In this document: piece after piece, positions 63,571 to 64,000 of the stretch
Position numbering within the stretch: the first letter of the stretch is position 1
Layout of the letters: the number at the start of each line of letters is the position of its first letter
From: Monocercomonoides exilis PA203
Lineage: Eukaryota; Protista; Preaxostyla
NCBI GenBank assembly: GCA_001643675.2
Contig: LSRY02000011.1
Location: forward strand, 62,001 to 126,000
DNA: 64,000 nucleotides
Reading direction: 5' to 3'
The notes under the pieces: generated by a model
The model's input: the letters and a program-made list of their open reading frames with translations, nothing else
What the model was told of the DNA's origin: nothing
Database searches by the model: none
Program-made: the position numbers and the translations under genes

Positions 63571-63820
63571 TAAAAATTTAGTTAAAGTAATTCATATTCA
63601 ATTTTCATCAATATAAAAAAAGTATAATGAAACATCAAAATTATATAATGCAGTAAAGAATGCGCAGAAAAAAACAATGAATTATTTAAGGAGTTAAAAT
63701 GAAAACAAACTTCGAATTTTTATTTGATTTTATGTAAGTAAGGGTTAGATCCAAATTATAATAATTAGTGATGACGATCGAACCCTAAGATCATATTTTA
63801 TTTGAAGTTGCTCACGTCTA

Positions 63821-64000
63821 ATGGCAACCGAACAAAGACAAATTACTATTAATGATATTAAAAGAGCTGCACAAACACTTGCACCTATACTTGAACGAAC
63901 GCCTGTTATTAAGTCACATCTTCTGTCAACGGAAACACAAGAAGTGTTTTTGAAGATGGAAAACCTTCAGAGGACAGGATCATTTAAAGTCCGTGGTGCT
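63821..64000 (+). CDS. threonine/serine dehydratase (PLP-dependent), 5' part
   Basis: MATEQRQITINDIKRAAQTLAPILERTPVIKS..VFLKMENLQRTGSFKVRGA contains the PLP-lysine motif. It is absent from the ORF track because it runs off the window. Confidence 0.92.
   Translation, partial: MATEQRQITINDIKRAAQTLAPILERTPVIKSHLLSTETQEVFLKMENLQRTGSFKVRGA

Overview
Eukaryotic, AT-rich, intron-containing DNA using the standard genetic code. It is most likely an oxymonad (Monocercomonoides-like), inferred from the ~3.0 kb SSU rRNA gene, the poly-Ser/Glu/Lys low-complexity proteins and the style of the lineage-specific gene families. Bases 1-13147 are the edge of an rDNA array on the minus strand: 5' part of 28S, ITS2, 5.8S, ITS1, 18S, a ~7.9 kb ETS/IGS, and a 28S 3' fragment broken at the peptidyl-transferase centre. 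The IGS holds an inverted, hairpin-rich duplication of the putative Pol I promoter region, ~190 bp subrepeats and a GC-rich stem-loop island. A palindromic MITE pair and ~8 kb of pseudogenes follow. The gene-rich part contains an ABCC/MRP transporter, a pyruvate/indolepyruvate decarboxylase, an SLC35F6-like transporter, a stand-alone CBM48 protein, a COPI-associated protein, a threonine dehydratase (cut off by the window end) and large low-complexity proteins. Two transposon nests interrupt it. The first has a 986 bp foldback element next to a ~4.1 kb TIR-bounded element whose only cargo is a decayed host membrane-protein gene (Pack-type capture, the top finding). The second has MITEs next to a pogo-like DD35D transposon with a ~220 aa insertion inside the catalytic domain.
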